From: Octopus bimaculoides
Taxonomy: Eukaryota
Direction: 5' to 3'
Assembly (NCBI RefSeq): GCF_001194135.2
Contig: NC_068994.1
Span: 3,323,519-3,387,518, forward strand
DNA: 64,000 bases
Part shown: positions 50,453-61,785 of the stretch, in pieces
Position numbering within the stretch: position 1 is the first letter of the stretch
Layout of the letters: each line of letters opens with the position of its first letter
Program-made: the position numbers and the translations under genes
The notes under the pieces: model-generated
Told to the model about the DNA's origin: nothing
The model's input: the letters and a program-made list of their open reading frames with translations, nothing else
Databases searched by the model: none

Positions 50453-50635
50453 TATTTGTGTATTAAGGCTACCATTGGTTTCATGTTAAGAAAAATATCA
50501 ATATCCTAACAGTTTCTCAAGCCGATCACATGAAGACAAACACCATCCTTTCATGTGATCGGCTTTAAAAAATTGTTAGGAATTTATGATATCTTTTCTT
50601 AACATGAAACCAATGGTAGCCTTAATACACAAATA
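50453..50635. repeat. Palindrome P2 (~82-bp arms, 15-nt loop) with an inverted hammerhead-like pair
   Basis: Arms 50453-50534 and 50550-50635, from TATTTGTGTATTAAGGCTACC to GGTAGCCTTAATACACAAATA. Confidence 0.9.
50467..50523 (-). ncRNA. Putative minimal type I hammerhead ribozyme, U3-A8 core variant
   Basis: Minus strand: GGC-UUGAGAA-AC-UGUUAGGA...UCUUAACA-U-GAAAC-CAAUG-GUA-GCC. Stem I GGC/GCC; cleavage triplet GUA. Confidence 0.55.
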
Positions 50636-50687
50636 AAGAAATTCTATCCACCAATGTGGTATTGAGCACTCATTCTCATTGTTCAAC

Positions 50688-50779
<92 letters not shown>

Positions 50780-52602
50780 AAATATGGATACATACACATA
50801 CATATATTAGGTTAAAGTCTGTTGTATCCTTACAGGCTCATTAGACCAAGAGACCTTCAGTTACCAAAACATGTGAGCACAACATCCCTGGATGGGATGC
50901 TAGTCTATCACAAGCTTAACTCACGAGCAACTGCTGGCATTCATTTCAGTTGAGTATGTTGTAGGTTTGGTTCCCAGACTGAACAGCATGTTATATCCTT
51001 CAGTAAGGATCTTCATTTCATGTTGCTCTTGTCTGTGTGTGTATGTGTATCTGTGTGTGTCTATGTTTGTATGTGTCTGTTGAATCTCACCAAGTGCAAT
51101 GGCTGAGTGAATAAAACACTGGACTCCAGTTGTCTGAGTTGTGAGTTCATTCTCTGTGTCTGCTGGTATAGTCTTCTGTCTGCTGGAAAATCATTTGACT
51201 CAGTTTTCTGTAGGGGGGGGGGGTTAGCTCCAGACTTATATTGCTGTGCATTATTTTGGATCATACTAGCATGGAAATGGAAATGATCAGGTTCTGGCCT
51301 GACCCCTCACTATTCCAGGACAGCCCAACCTTTACTCTCGCTGGAGCTGGGTGATATCGCCAGACCTGTTAGACAATGAAAGCCTTTAATTCTCCTCTCC
51401 ATGTCATGTGTGTCTGTGTATACGTACATGTATATTATGTCTATATACTTTCTAGAAGCCACATCTCCAATGTCATTTCTATGTCTAATGTATCATTGCT
51501 TTTGAAATAAATCCTGACTGATTACAACTCTGTTGATGTCGTTGTTTATTTACCATTCCTTCTTCTGCTCAACTTATTCAGTGGTAGCCCTTAAGTGCAG
51601 GAACGAAATTTGTTTTGAGGTTGCAAACGCAGGTCCAAAATTTTTACAAAGGATCGATTTTTTTTTTTTTTTTTTTTTCCGATCTTAATATCAAAATAAA
51701 CACAGGTATAATAATGGTTTCAAATTTTAGCACAAGGCCAGATGTTTTGGCAGAGGGGATTATTTGATTAAATCGACCCTGAAAGGATGAAGGGCAAAGT
51801 CGACCTCAGCAGAATTTGAACATAGAGATGAGTGAAATGCTGCTAAATATTTTATCTATCATGCTACAACATCCGCCTTCCATGCTGGCATGGGTATGAT
51901 GGGGATTGTCCATCAATCAAACGAGATAAATCCAATAATGGAAAAGTAAGGTTTCAAATCACTTCAAAAATGTTTCTACACTCGTTCAATTTAGTGAGGA
52001 AGTTTTTATGGAGGATGTTCAAAGCATTTTCATTGCCTCTCAAAAATTTTATGAGCTACTCTTTTATCCTCTGTCCCTGTTCCCAAGCCTATGTGGTAGC
52101 CCACCGTCACCAGTAGTTACCCACATGTATGTCACATGCCAATAGTTAATTGTTTCTTTGGCTACCTATGTTTGTGCCTGCAAGTTACAGTTGTGACTAA
52201 TACTGATTTCTGTCTGTACCAATGACAAGTCACAATATTGTTGTACTGTATCTGTGGCAAGTCTGCCTCTAGCAGTGACCGGTTATACCATTGTCTACCA
52301 TTACACCTCTCAAACCATGCCAGTGCCTAGCAATGCAACTCTATGCCAAGTTCATTTCCTGCCAAAGCCAACTTGGTCTTTCATTCTTTCAAGGTTAATA
52401 ACAACACCAATTCAAGATGGTGGGTTGGTGAAAATGTAAAACCATCCAACTGGAGGCCATGCAGTGGTTGTTGTGGCTCTTTGTGCTCTGTTCAAATCCC
52501 ACCATGGCTTACCTGGGTAATAGACTTAATCTGTCTCTTGGTTTAACACCATTGCCTGGCACTTCACTTTGGGTGCCTTCAACAGGGTCACTTGGAACAA
52601 AG

Positions 52603-52761
52603 ATTGGAGAAAGTGGTTCTCAATGTAGGGCTGGGAGGAGGAGTAATACATTTTAGGGCTCACCTGAGGCACTGAATACCCTGGTACAACCCTTCCCTCC
52701 CTCCATATCAAAGATATTTATTTCAAATTTTAACCCAAGGCCAGCGAGTTCAGGGGAGGGT
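52603..52761 (+). repeat. Recent direct duplication, copy 1 (partner 53907-54071)
   Basis: ATTGGAGAAAGTGGTTCTCAATGTAGGGCTGGGAGGAGGAG...TTCAGGGGAGGGT is nearly identical to the partner; differences are a GGA-repeat length change and a few substitutions. Confidence 0.92.
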
Positions 52762-53285
52762 CAGTCCAGCTGGTGCTTAATTTATCAACCCCTGAAAGGT
52801 TAAAAGGCAAATTCAACCTCAGCAGAATTTGAACTCAGAAACACTGCTAAGCAATTTGCCCAGCATACTAATGATTCTGCTATTTTGCCAGCCTCCTTCA
52901 CATCAAAAATATTACAATTATATCTCTCATAAACAAGTCCATCATCTCTACTACTTACCATTTCTCAGAATTTAACCTGTCCTCTTTATCACTGATTGTT
53001 TTTTGTTTTTCTGTCCCTTCTTAATTCAACAGAGCTTTTAATCAACAAGGATCCATTGACAAAACCAAACTGTTATCCAAGTAACTCAGCTGTATCAATA
53101 AGCTGTTTTATTGATCTCAACTCTATCTTTGCCTTCAATAAATAAAAAATGTATTGATTAGCTGAGGAAGATGACACCTCTCACTTGTCTTCATATTAGA
53201 AAAGAAAAGAAAAAAAACAAATTTTGTATTTGTTCTAGAAAATCTATTTGAAGGTAAAAAAAAAAAAAAGTCTGTAGAAGGGAAT

Positions 53286-53700
53286 TAACTCTTTGACATT
53301 CAGATGATTCTGTTAAATGTCATGGTTATTGTTTTCAAATTGTTTTCAATTAACCCTTTCGTTACCAACCCAGCTGAAACCGGTTCTGGCTCTGCAGTAC
53401 AAATGTCTTGTTTTCATAAGTTTTGAATTAAAATTTTCCACCAAACGTTAGTCACAGTTTATGTTCCTAACACTAGCTTAATGATAACTTAGTTACTTTA
53501 TTAAATTCTTTGTTATATTTAAAATTAATTGAAAGAAATACAGAGCATCTCAACAGAAATACAGTAACGAAAGGGTTAATCATGCATAATCTTGTAGCAT
53601 CAAGATTTTGAACGATGTGATTGTTTATTATTAGAATGACATTGTAGGGTAGGTGTGAGAGGCCAGATCTGGCCAGTTCCAACATATAATAGGTAGAATC
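53286..53700 (-). mobile_element. Family A TTAA-MITE interrupted by a second MITE
   Basis: 53286-53349 joined to 53580-53700 reconstructs the reverse complement of 22009-22226. Confidence 0.75.
53354..53575. mobile_element. piggyBac-type MITE, family B, perfect TIRs and TTAA target duplication
   Basis: TTAA|CCCTTTCGTTAC ... GTAACGAAAGGG|TTAA (TTAA at 53350-53353 and 53576-53579). Confidence 0.88.
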
Positions 53701-53906
53701 TTTTGCCTGATATAAATGATTTTTAATTTAGGTACAAGGCCAATAATTTTGATGGGTGGGGGTCATGTCGATTGCATCAAGCCCAGTATTTGACTGGTAC
53801 TTTATTTTGTCCATCCTGAAAAGATGAAAGGCAAAGTCAACTTTAACAGGATTGAACTGAAAACCACATAGTTGCAAAGCAACCTTCTTAACCATACAGA
53901 AAAAAT

Positions 53907-54071
53907 ATTGGAGAAAGTGGTTCTCAATGTAGGGCTGGGAGGAGGAGGAGGATTAACACATTTTAGGGCTCACCTGAGGCACTGAATACCCTGGTACAAC
54001 CCTTCCCTCCCTCCATATCAAAGATATTTATTTCAAATTTTAACCCAAGGCTAGTGAGTTCAGGGGAGGGT
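53907..54071 (+). repeat. Recent direct duplication, copy 2 (partner 52603-52761)
   Basis: See copy 1. Confidence 0.92.
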
Positions 54072-54163
54072 AAGTGAGTATTAAGACAGAGATGAAACCC
54101 CACCAAACATTTTGTCCAAAGGGCAAATGATTCTGCTTTAATAACAATTATTATAATAAAAAG

Positions 54164-54367
54164 GGTGAGAGCTGACAGAACCTTCAGCAAACCCGACGAA
54201 ATGCTTAGCAGTATTTCGTCTGCCGCTACGCTCTGAGTTCAAATTCCGCCAAGGTCGACTTTGCCTTTCATCCTTTCGGGGTCGATTAAATAAGTACCAG
54301 TTACGCACTGGGGTCGATATAATCGACTTAAACCGTTTCTCTGTCCTTGTTTGTCCCCTCTGTGTAG
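54164..54367 (+). mobile_element. tRNA-like SINE (family S1), young-looking, CpGs retained
   Basis: GAGCTGACAGAACC...CTGAGTTCAAATTCCGCCAAGGTCGACTTTGCCTTTCATCCTTTCGGGGTCG. Confidence 0.8.
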
Positions 54368-55261
54368 GACACTACGTAAATGCTCCTTTTTGACCCCATC
54401 AACGTAGCCTATTCAGAGAAAGAAGCAATCCCAGTGCTTGACTCCCGAACGGATGAAAAGCAACGTCGACCTCAGCCGGATTCGAACTCCGAACGCATGA
54501 GCTGCAACAAATACTTCGCGACATTCAACTCGACACTCTAATAATTGTCAGTCAATCACCTGACGTCTTGCTAATGAGACATTAAGAGATTATTGATAAA
54601 CCGGAAATATATCGGGGAAAATATTACCAAAAAAAAAATTATTTAAACTAATGAACTTTAATAGAAGAAAAAAATAATGTACCACATTTAATATCCTTAT
54701 ATTCAAAATTCATTTTTAAATTTTCAAAATTTTTTTTTCACATGTACAGTAGGAGCTGTACTCCAGCATGGCCTTTGCTGTCAGGTAAAACAAGCCAAAA
54801 GAACTAAAGAAGACTATTTAGATCAATTCCGCAGTAAATACAAGGAAAGTTAAATCCGAAGATTTTGAACAAAGAGTTAACTTTAGTCACGACACGATTA
54901 CCTCCCTTGTGTTTACATGCTTCCAGGCTGTCTTCCCCACCCCTCCTCCTTCTCTTCACTCGGTTCTCTTTATTCTTACAATTAGTGACCCCGAGCAGCC
55001 CCGGCTATTTACATTGTCAATGATATATTAATTCCTGTAATTACCGGCTTTTAAAAACATTCTTTAACTTGTTTTTCTTTCAATGTACTATTATTTAAAG
55101 ACAGAATCTAACATCGTTTATTCAGCCGATGGCATTTAAGTGATTAAGAGAGAAAGAACCGGCTTGAAAGACACCCAGGAGACGCGATTTGATTTATTTC
55201 ACTTGAAATTTCTGCTGGAAGCCAACCATCACTACCAACAACAAACTAACTAGGGAATCTC

Positions 55262-55615
55262 TACTTAGCTGCTCGATCTGCTAGTAGTAGCAACCAAATC
55301 CTACTCTCTCGCTCTTCAAAACAACATAGTGAATAATGTAGTTATTACGGGACTGTCACAGTTGGAATATCTTTGATCATTGGATTGCTCTTACGATCAG
55401 AGTCGACTTAGCGCCAAACAACAACACCGCAGGGGCGTCTCTACGTAGTCGATCGATCTGCTAAAATTAGCTGCCAAATCTCCCTCAAATATAACTTTAC
55501 CGTTTCAAAACGATTCAACTGGATTTAGGTGATCCTAGAAACTGTATCTAAAAAGGATATAGGGATGGTCACAGCTGGAACGACTTTCGATCAGAGCTGA
55601 GCTAATGCCTAAAGA
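55262..55615 (+). mobile_element. Two tandem copies of interspersed repeat family S3
   Basis: Both contain CGATCTGCTA...CCAAATC...GG(G)A(C/T)(T/G)GTCACAG(T/C)TGGAA...TTT(C)GATCA. The same family occurs at about 2850-3040, 6960-7158, 26375-26660, 34940-35260 (-) and 56950-57145. Confidence 0.65.
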
Positions 55616-55619
55616 TCAC

Positions 55620-55924
55620 TCACAACGACCACAGTAACAGTAAAACCGAGAGAAAGACAGAGAATAACGAAAGAGAAAGAAAAAAAAGAGAGAGAGAAAG
55701 AGGGAAGGAGAGAGATGATTAGAAGACCAGCAGCAGCAGCAGTAGGGGAACAATGTGTCTTGTATATTTGATTGTATCTGTGATTGAAGAACCTTGTTGC
55801 CATCGATAAAACAGAGAGAAAGAAGGAACATATCAGATATTTGAATCCATTATTTCTTCACTTTCTGGATTGTTTGGATTTTTTTTTCTCTGTTGGGGAC
55901 AACAAAGTTTAAACAAGCTCAAAG
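55620..55924 (+). other. Candidate first non-coding exon of ZNF-D
   Basis: GA/CAG-rich leader in a CpG-retaining region ending AAG|GTGAAT (GT at 55925-55926). The 5' boundary is uncertain. Confidence 0.35.
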
Positions 55925-56733
55925 GTGAATTGTTTCATTGTTTTACTTTTCACACCTCTTAGCATTCACATTACCTCTTTCTCTCTATCTCTCTCTGTCT
56001 TTCTTTCTTTCTTTCACGCGCACACACAAACACATGTATATACAGATATATGCACACATACACACACCTTTTTGTCTGTCTCCTTGTCCCCCACCGCGTT
56101 CTACACATCTGTTTGGCCCCTCAGTGCTTTTAGTGGAGTCCACTCTGTTGCGACCGTTCAAGCTAGGTTTGTTGCTCAAACTCCAAGACCTAAACGCGAA
56201 ACTCGGAATAGCAAGAGGCTGACTCGTCCAAAACATTATTAGTCTCTACTATCATATCAAGTACTCTATTCTTCCGACACTCAACATTAAATGTGTGCGT
56301 GTGAGTATATGTATATATATAACAGAGAGAGAGAGAGAGAAGCGATGGTGATGTTCCGGTTTCGCCAAAACCCATTAACAGAAACTGGTCCGGCTTTGTA
56401 GGTAATGTTTAGGTTCACATCTCCCACTGTTATTGTTTTTATTTTAAACCACGCCGCTTTTCTCTTAGATTACTTGCTACATGCCATCCATCCATCCATA
56501 TATAGATATACAGATATATTTGGGTGTGTGCGCGCGCGTGTAGGAGAGACAGAAAGTGAAAGTATGTTTCTCGACTTATTTTGTTTAGTCCGAGAAATAG
56601 AAATTTTTTTATCATTGAATTTCAACAAGAAACATAAAAATGGCAGAATAATAATGGGCTTCTTGTAAATATCATATATCCCTACATAGACAAACACCAT
56701 TACACGAATGAGATGGGTTTCATACATACATAA

Positions 56734-56804
<71 letters not shown>

Positions 56805-58634
56805 CATACACGCACGTGTATACACGTGTATGTGTGTGTGTGTTTATAAACTTGTGGAAAAGTACTCAATACCAGAAGCAGAGTGAATAAGTCTTACTTT
56901 GATGTAGAAACTTTACAAATTACAACCCCCAGTTTCACGTGAGTCTACGAAGACGCATCGATGTGGTTGCTGGTCGTTGTTAGAGATGGCAGACAAATCT
57001 TGCTCTCTTATAACTCCCTACAATCTTAAAAGAAGAGAGGATACATAGTACAAAGGCAATATAGACACCCTTCGATACAAAAAAATAAATAGCAAAATGG
57101 AATGGTCACGGGTGGAATGCATTTGATCGTAGGTCTACAATATCAGTGTTGATGTATGGGTGGGGGTGGCAAACAACTTATGCACCAAATCATCCTTACT
57201 CACGTGCATTCTCTTCCCACCCTCCCACTTACATTCTCTCAACTATTAGCATAGTCTCTCTCTCTCTCTCTCCTTCTCTGTCTCTTCCTCTCACATGCAC
57301 ACTCACTTATCCACTCCGAAATTATTTCAGACAACTATCATTTTACACTTGCTAGCCATAAGTGTGCAAACGAAATTTGCTTAGTGGCTGCAAACTAATT
57401 TTTCAGGAAGCTGTTCCAAGCGTATTCATTGGCCACCAGAAATTTTAGGGTATACTTGCACTTCTTGCTCGTGAACTTCTGTTCCTAGTATGTGTTTATA
57501 TATATATATATATATATAAATAAATCTTTATCTATGTACATTTATATTTTATGATATGCACATTTGATTCCAAATATGTGTAAGTGGGAGATTCCATTAT
57601 AAAGATGGTAGTGTGCAATAATTTGCATAAAATTATTACATACACATATTATGTATATGTGTAATTCAGGTAGGTGGTGAAGTATGGAGCAAAGTAAGGA
57701 AAAATTCTCAGTTTCAATTAAGATTGACCTTTCAGTTGAGAGCGGAAAACATAAACCTAGTGGGAATTGTTTGCAACTTTCAGAGAAAAAGGGAGATAAT
57801 TTTAAGAAATTTATTTATTTCACAGCAGACTGAATGCTCGTGCTTATGGGGAAACTAAATATTTGTTCCATGTGTGTGTGAATGTGTATATATATATATA
57901 TGTATATATATAGTTTATAGATGAGAGACAGATATTCTCCATATAGAATACACTTCATAGTGCTCAAGAGATTTAAACTTGAGCAGGTAGAGGAGTAAAT
58001 GTAAGGACAAGCAAGTTCTGTTGATAAATATACAAAAAATATTAAATACATTTAATACAAAAAATGTACATGTGTTTACGTATAAAAAGGTCCAACTTAC
58101 ACAGAAGACAAATGTTATCAGGAATTGAAGGGGCTGAATAAGAGTTTTATGAGTCCAAGAGCTGTCTCTAGGGGCTTGGTGGTCCAAAATAATGATTGTA
58201 ATTTGATTCTATCATCAGATAATACCAGCTTCCGTCTTCAGGGAAGCATTTTACATTTCAGGTGTTGACAGAAAGGAGATTAAAGATATATATATTCATA
58301 TAGTGTATCTTGTATGCACAAATAGGTGTATGACTGCTACTGTTGAGTTTTGAGCTCCACAGATGGTCACAGTCCAGTCTGCTTCCAATGAAGTGGTTAA
58401 GCAACTACTATACTTCGTAGTATTACTAATAAAATACAGAACAAATGTTGGAGAGATTACAATAAACACAAGTTTATATCATTTGTTCCTTATGTATGCT
58501 GCGCCATTAGCTATATGAGATATAGTTTTATCCATTTTGAAGTTTGATAAGCTGTAAAAAGTTATTTTATAGTTCACGATTGGCAACTGGGTTGTTGCGT
58601 ATGAGAATGAAAATCGAAAATCATGAAATGGAGA

Positions 58635-58918
58635 AGATAAAATCCCAGCTATGTATGCTTCAAAGCTAGCAGAATATCGGAAGCGGTAATTACCCAAACA
58701 AGTAGTAATCTGCTAGGTGCTCGTCAGGCTAAAGATACCTTCATTGAAAGGTTTTGAATCTCCAGCGAGTTAACATGAGATCCCTTGACAACAATGTAAG
58801 CTTCATTCGATTAAGGTATCTTTGGCCTGATGAGGGGCTAGCAGATTACCCCTTGTTTAGTAAATTATTACTCCCAGGTTCTGCTAGCCATGAAACACAT
58901 GTAGCCTGCATTTTATCT
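58635..58918. repeat. Palindrome P3 (diverged ~105-bp arms, ~70-nt spacer) with an inverted hammerhead-like pair
   Basis: AGATAAAAT...GCTAGCAGAA...TAATCTGCTAG...TCAGGCTAAAGATACCTT versus AAGGTATCTTTGGCCTGA...CTAGCAGATTA...TTCTGCTAGC...ATTTTATCT. Confidence 0.85.
58824..58906 (+). ncRNA. Putative minimal type I hammerhead ribozyme, sense to ZNF-D pre-mRNA
   Basis: GGC-CUGAUGA(58827-58833)-GG-GGCUAGCAGA...UCUGCUAGCC-AU-GAAAC(58892-58896)-ACAU-GUA(58901-58903)-GCC. Stem II has 10 bp; ACAUGU is palindromic; the base of stem II is imperfect (G-U, G/A). Confidence 0.65.
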
Positions 58919-59101
58919 ACTCCATTCCCCAATTTTCGATAGATATATTTTTTTTTAATATATTCTTTTACTTGTTTCAGGCATTTGACTGCGGCCATGC
59001 TGGAGCACCGTATTTAGTCGAAAATGTTGTTTTGTCTCTTTTTTTTTATCATTGATTTCTTTCTTTTTTTATATATTTTCCAGTTTCCTCCAAACACGGC
59101 C

Positions 59102-60235
59102 ATGAAGAAGACTCCGATGTGTAATCTCTGCGGTAAAGTGTTTTCCCGTCGCGACAACCTCGAACGTCATTTAAACAACCACCAGGGGGAGAAGTTGTTC
59201 TTTTGTGAATACTGTGGCAAGTCGTTCTTGCGCAAGTCTTACCTCAAACTTCATCATCGCATCCATTCAGGGGAGCGTCCGTTCCAGTGTGGTGTGTGTG
59301 GACGTACCTTCACAAGAGACGACCATTTGCTACGGCATTACAGGTCACATCAAGGCTACAAACCGTACACATGCGACGTGTGTGGCAAAGCGTTGTCACG
59401 GCGTGACCACCTTGCTGTGCATCGGCGCATCCACACTGGCGAGCGGCCGTTCAAGTGTGACCTGTGCAACTGTGAGTTCACACGCAGTGATCACCTGTTG
59501 CAACATAAGAGACTGAACATGTGCGAACAAGCGTCGTCATGTGTTACCATGGAGACAAGTATGCCTGCCAAAGTATCTGAGATTGCCCCGGAGGAACAAT
59601 ACCAAGAGGGAGCTCAGGTGGACAACAGCAACAACAAACATCATAACAAAAACACTAATAATAACAACAACAACAACAATAATAGTAGTAGTGCTGGTGG
59701 TGGTGGTGGTGGTGGTAGTAATAGTAATAATAGTAGTAGTAGTAATAGCAGCAGTGGTAACAGCAACTCAACATCGAAATGTAATAATAGCAGTGTTGAT
59801 GGTAAAAGTGTCCAGTCACAACAGAACCAAATGTCTGAAGTGGCCACCTCTAACAACACAGCGATCATTGCAGCTCCTGCACCTACCACTGCAGCTGTTG
59901 CGCTCGTCACCAATGACCTCGCTGCTGCACTGCTACCAAACACCACTAAACTCTACTCAATCCCATGCAATGGCAACACAACGCCAGGTCTTCTAGCGGA
60001 CAGTGCTAGCTCAGGCAGTGTGGCCACCCAAATCTACCAGGCAACAACCGGTGTCCCCAGCACCATTAACCCCATCACCCATATCTTCCCCACCATCCAG
60101 TTATCTCCTGCAACCACACAGTTATTCCCTACCATCCAGATGTATCCCAGTGCGCACATCAACTTGCAGCAGCACACAGCTGCAGTGAACCAGAAGCTCC
60201 ATATTTCTGGATCACATCTCAACCACAACAAATGA
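59102..60235 (+). CDS. C2H2 zinc-finger protein ZNF-D (5 fingers, last one C2HC) with Asn/Ser/Gly- and Ala/Thr/Pro-rich C-terminus
   Basis: Fingers at 59120-59524. Strong acceptor (long T tract, TTTTCCAG ending 59083); first in-frame ATG at 59102. The ORF-track start at 59024 falls in the polypyrimidine tract. Confidence 0.92.
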   Translation: MKKTPMCNLCGKVFSRRDNLERHLNNHQGEKLFFCEYCGKSFLRKSYLKLHHRIHSGERPFQCGVCGRTFTRDDHLLRHYRSHQGYKPYTCDVCGKALSRRDHLAVHRRIHTGERPFKCDLCNCEFTRSDHLLQHKRLNMCEQASSCVTMETSMPAKVSEIAPEEQYQEGAQVDNSNNKHHNKNTNNNNNNNNNSSSAGGGGGGGSNSNNSSSSNSSSGNSNSTSKCNNSSVDGKSVQSQQNQMSEVATSNNTAIIAAPAPTTAAVALVTNDLAAALLPNTTKLYSIPCNGNTTPGLLADSASSGSVATQIYQATTGVPSTINPITHIFPTIQLSPATTQLFPTIQMYPSAHINLQQHTAAVNQKLHISGSHLNHNK

Positions 60236-60989
60236 ATGGAACACTGACAGATGTGTGTGTGTGTGTGCATGTGTGGATTTGTATGTTAAAGAAAATGGCA
60301 CTCAACACATTTAGTAGGAATTACATATATTATCATTTAAAACTGCTTGATTCAGTTCCATTCAACTTAAAGTTTCATATGCTTCATACGGAAGTCCAGC
60401 TCTGAGCCTGAATGACTTAGGCTTCTCTATGAAGCCTACAAACCTATAAGTCACATGGAGCCAAATCAAACAGTTTTAAATTATAATGTATACATATGGA
60501 TATATAAATGTGAAACCAATACTTCCATTCTTTTGCTGTGAGTGTGTATGGTTGTTATTAAAAATAAAGAACTGATTCATATATATATATATACATGGAT
60601 GCATATGTATATGTTTCTGTATGTGTGTCTTACTCTATATCAAGCATATCTCCTTTGCATTGTGTATCAGAAGTTAACTATTTCTCTTTATTCTCTCCGA
60701 TGTCATAACTGAGACTCGTGTCATATCTCACAATAATAACAATCATAATTTATATCAAACATTTGTTGAACATTTTTGGTAAGAAAATACTTCACTAAGA
60801 CTATTTATGATGTATCAATGGAGGATGTCTGTGTACAGCTTCTGAGTGTATCCATGTATGCATGTGAGAGAATCATTATTTTATGTGCATTTTCCATACT
60901 GGCAGGGTTTGGCTGGGTCTTACTGGGGCACGAGTTGTTTCCCATTAGGAGCCGCAGATCCCAAATATTTAGTGTTCACATGTGCTATT

Positions 60990-61440
60990 TGGCTTCATTT
61001 CTTTGACTGGATGCCTTTCCTAGCACCAACAGCTTCACAGAATGCGTACTGGTGTATTTTCTCATTGTACAGCACTGTTTGGTGAAACAGGGCTTGAAGG
61101 ACCTCATGAACTATAGTTTTTCCATTTCTTTAGGTAACCACTTTACCTGGTGAATGGCAGGTGTGGATGGCGTTTGTACACAGTAAATGAAAATTTAGAA
61201 ATGGAACAATGATGACAGAATAGCCAGAAATGGTTATTACAGTGGCAGGGATGGGAGAGTAAATGTAGGTCTAGAGCAGGGCTGAAGAGAGCTTGCACGG
61301 GTGACCAAGGAGGGGAACTGGAGAGAAAGAGGGGAAAGGACAATGGACTGAGAAGGATCAGAATAGGTGGGAGAGTAGAAGGAAAAAGAGCATGATGGGA
61401 AGAAGTCAGGGATATGCAGAGGTAGTTGAGAACCAAGGCA
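60990..61440 (-). mobile_element. RTE-type 3' UTR fragment
   Basis: GGATGCCTTTCCTAGCACCAACAGCTTCACAGAATGCGTACTGG and the purine-rich body match 1370-1420 and 9320-9700. Confidence 0.6.
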
Positions 61441-61754
61441 GGACAAGTATCTCAAGTCGTAGCTTGGTGCAGCAATCTGGCTTGCCAGTCCTCAGTCAAA
61501 CCGTCCAACCCATGCCAGCATGGAAAGCAGACGTTAAACGATGGTGATGATGATGATGAAAGACAGAGAGACAGAGAGAGAGTGTCAGGGTTACACTTAT
61601 AAAGTCATGAGTTCAGTTCTGGCACATAGTGTTCTTGAGTAAAGAAATTTTGGATGCTCCTTTGGGTCAGAAGTGGGAGGTGTCTATGTCCACCCAGGAT
61701 GCAAGGGCACCTAAAATAGCTGGTAAAAGCAGGGTACACAACTAACTATGCCAT

Positions 61755-61785
<31 letters not shown>

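Noticed and set aside
58195-58245. Minus-strand CTGAAGA and CTGATGA close together
   Set aside because: No complementary stem II or GAAA found downstream.
59024-59083. N-terminal MLFCLFFFIIDFFLFLYIFQ of the ORF-track ZNF-D (looks like a signal peptide)
   Set aside because: It is the intronic polypyrimidine tract ending in the acceptor AG at 59082-59083.
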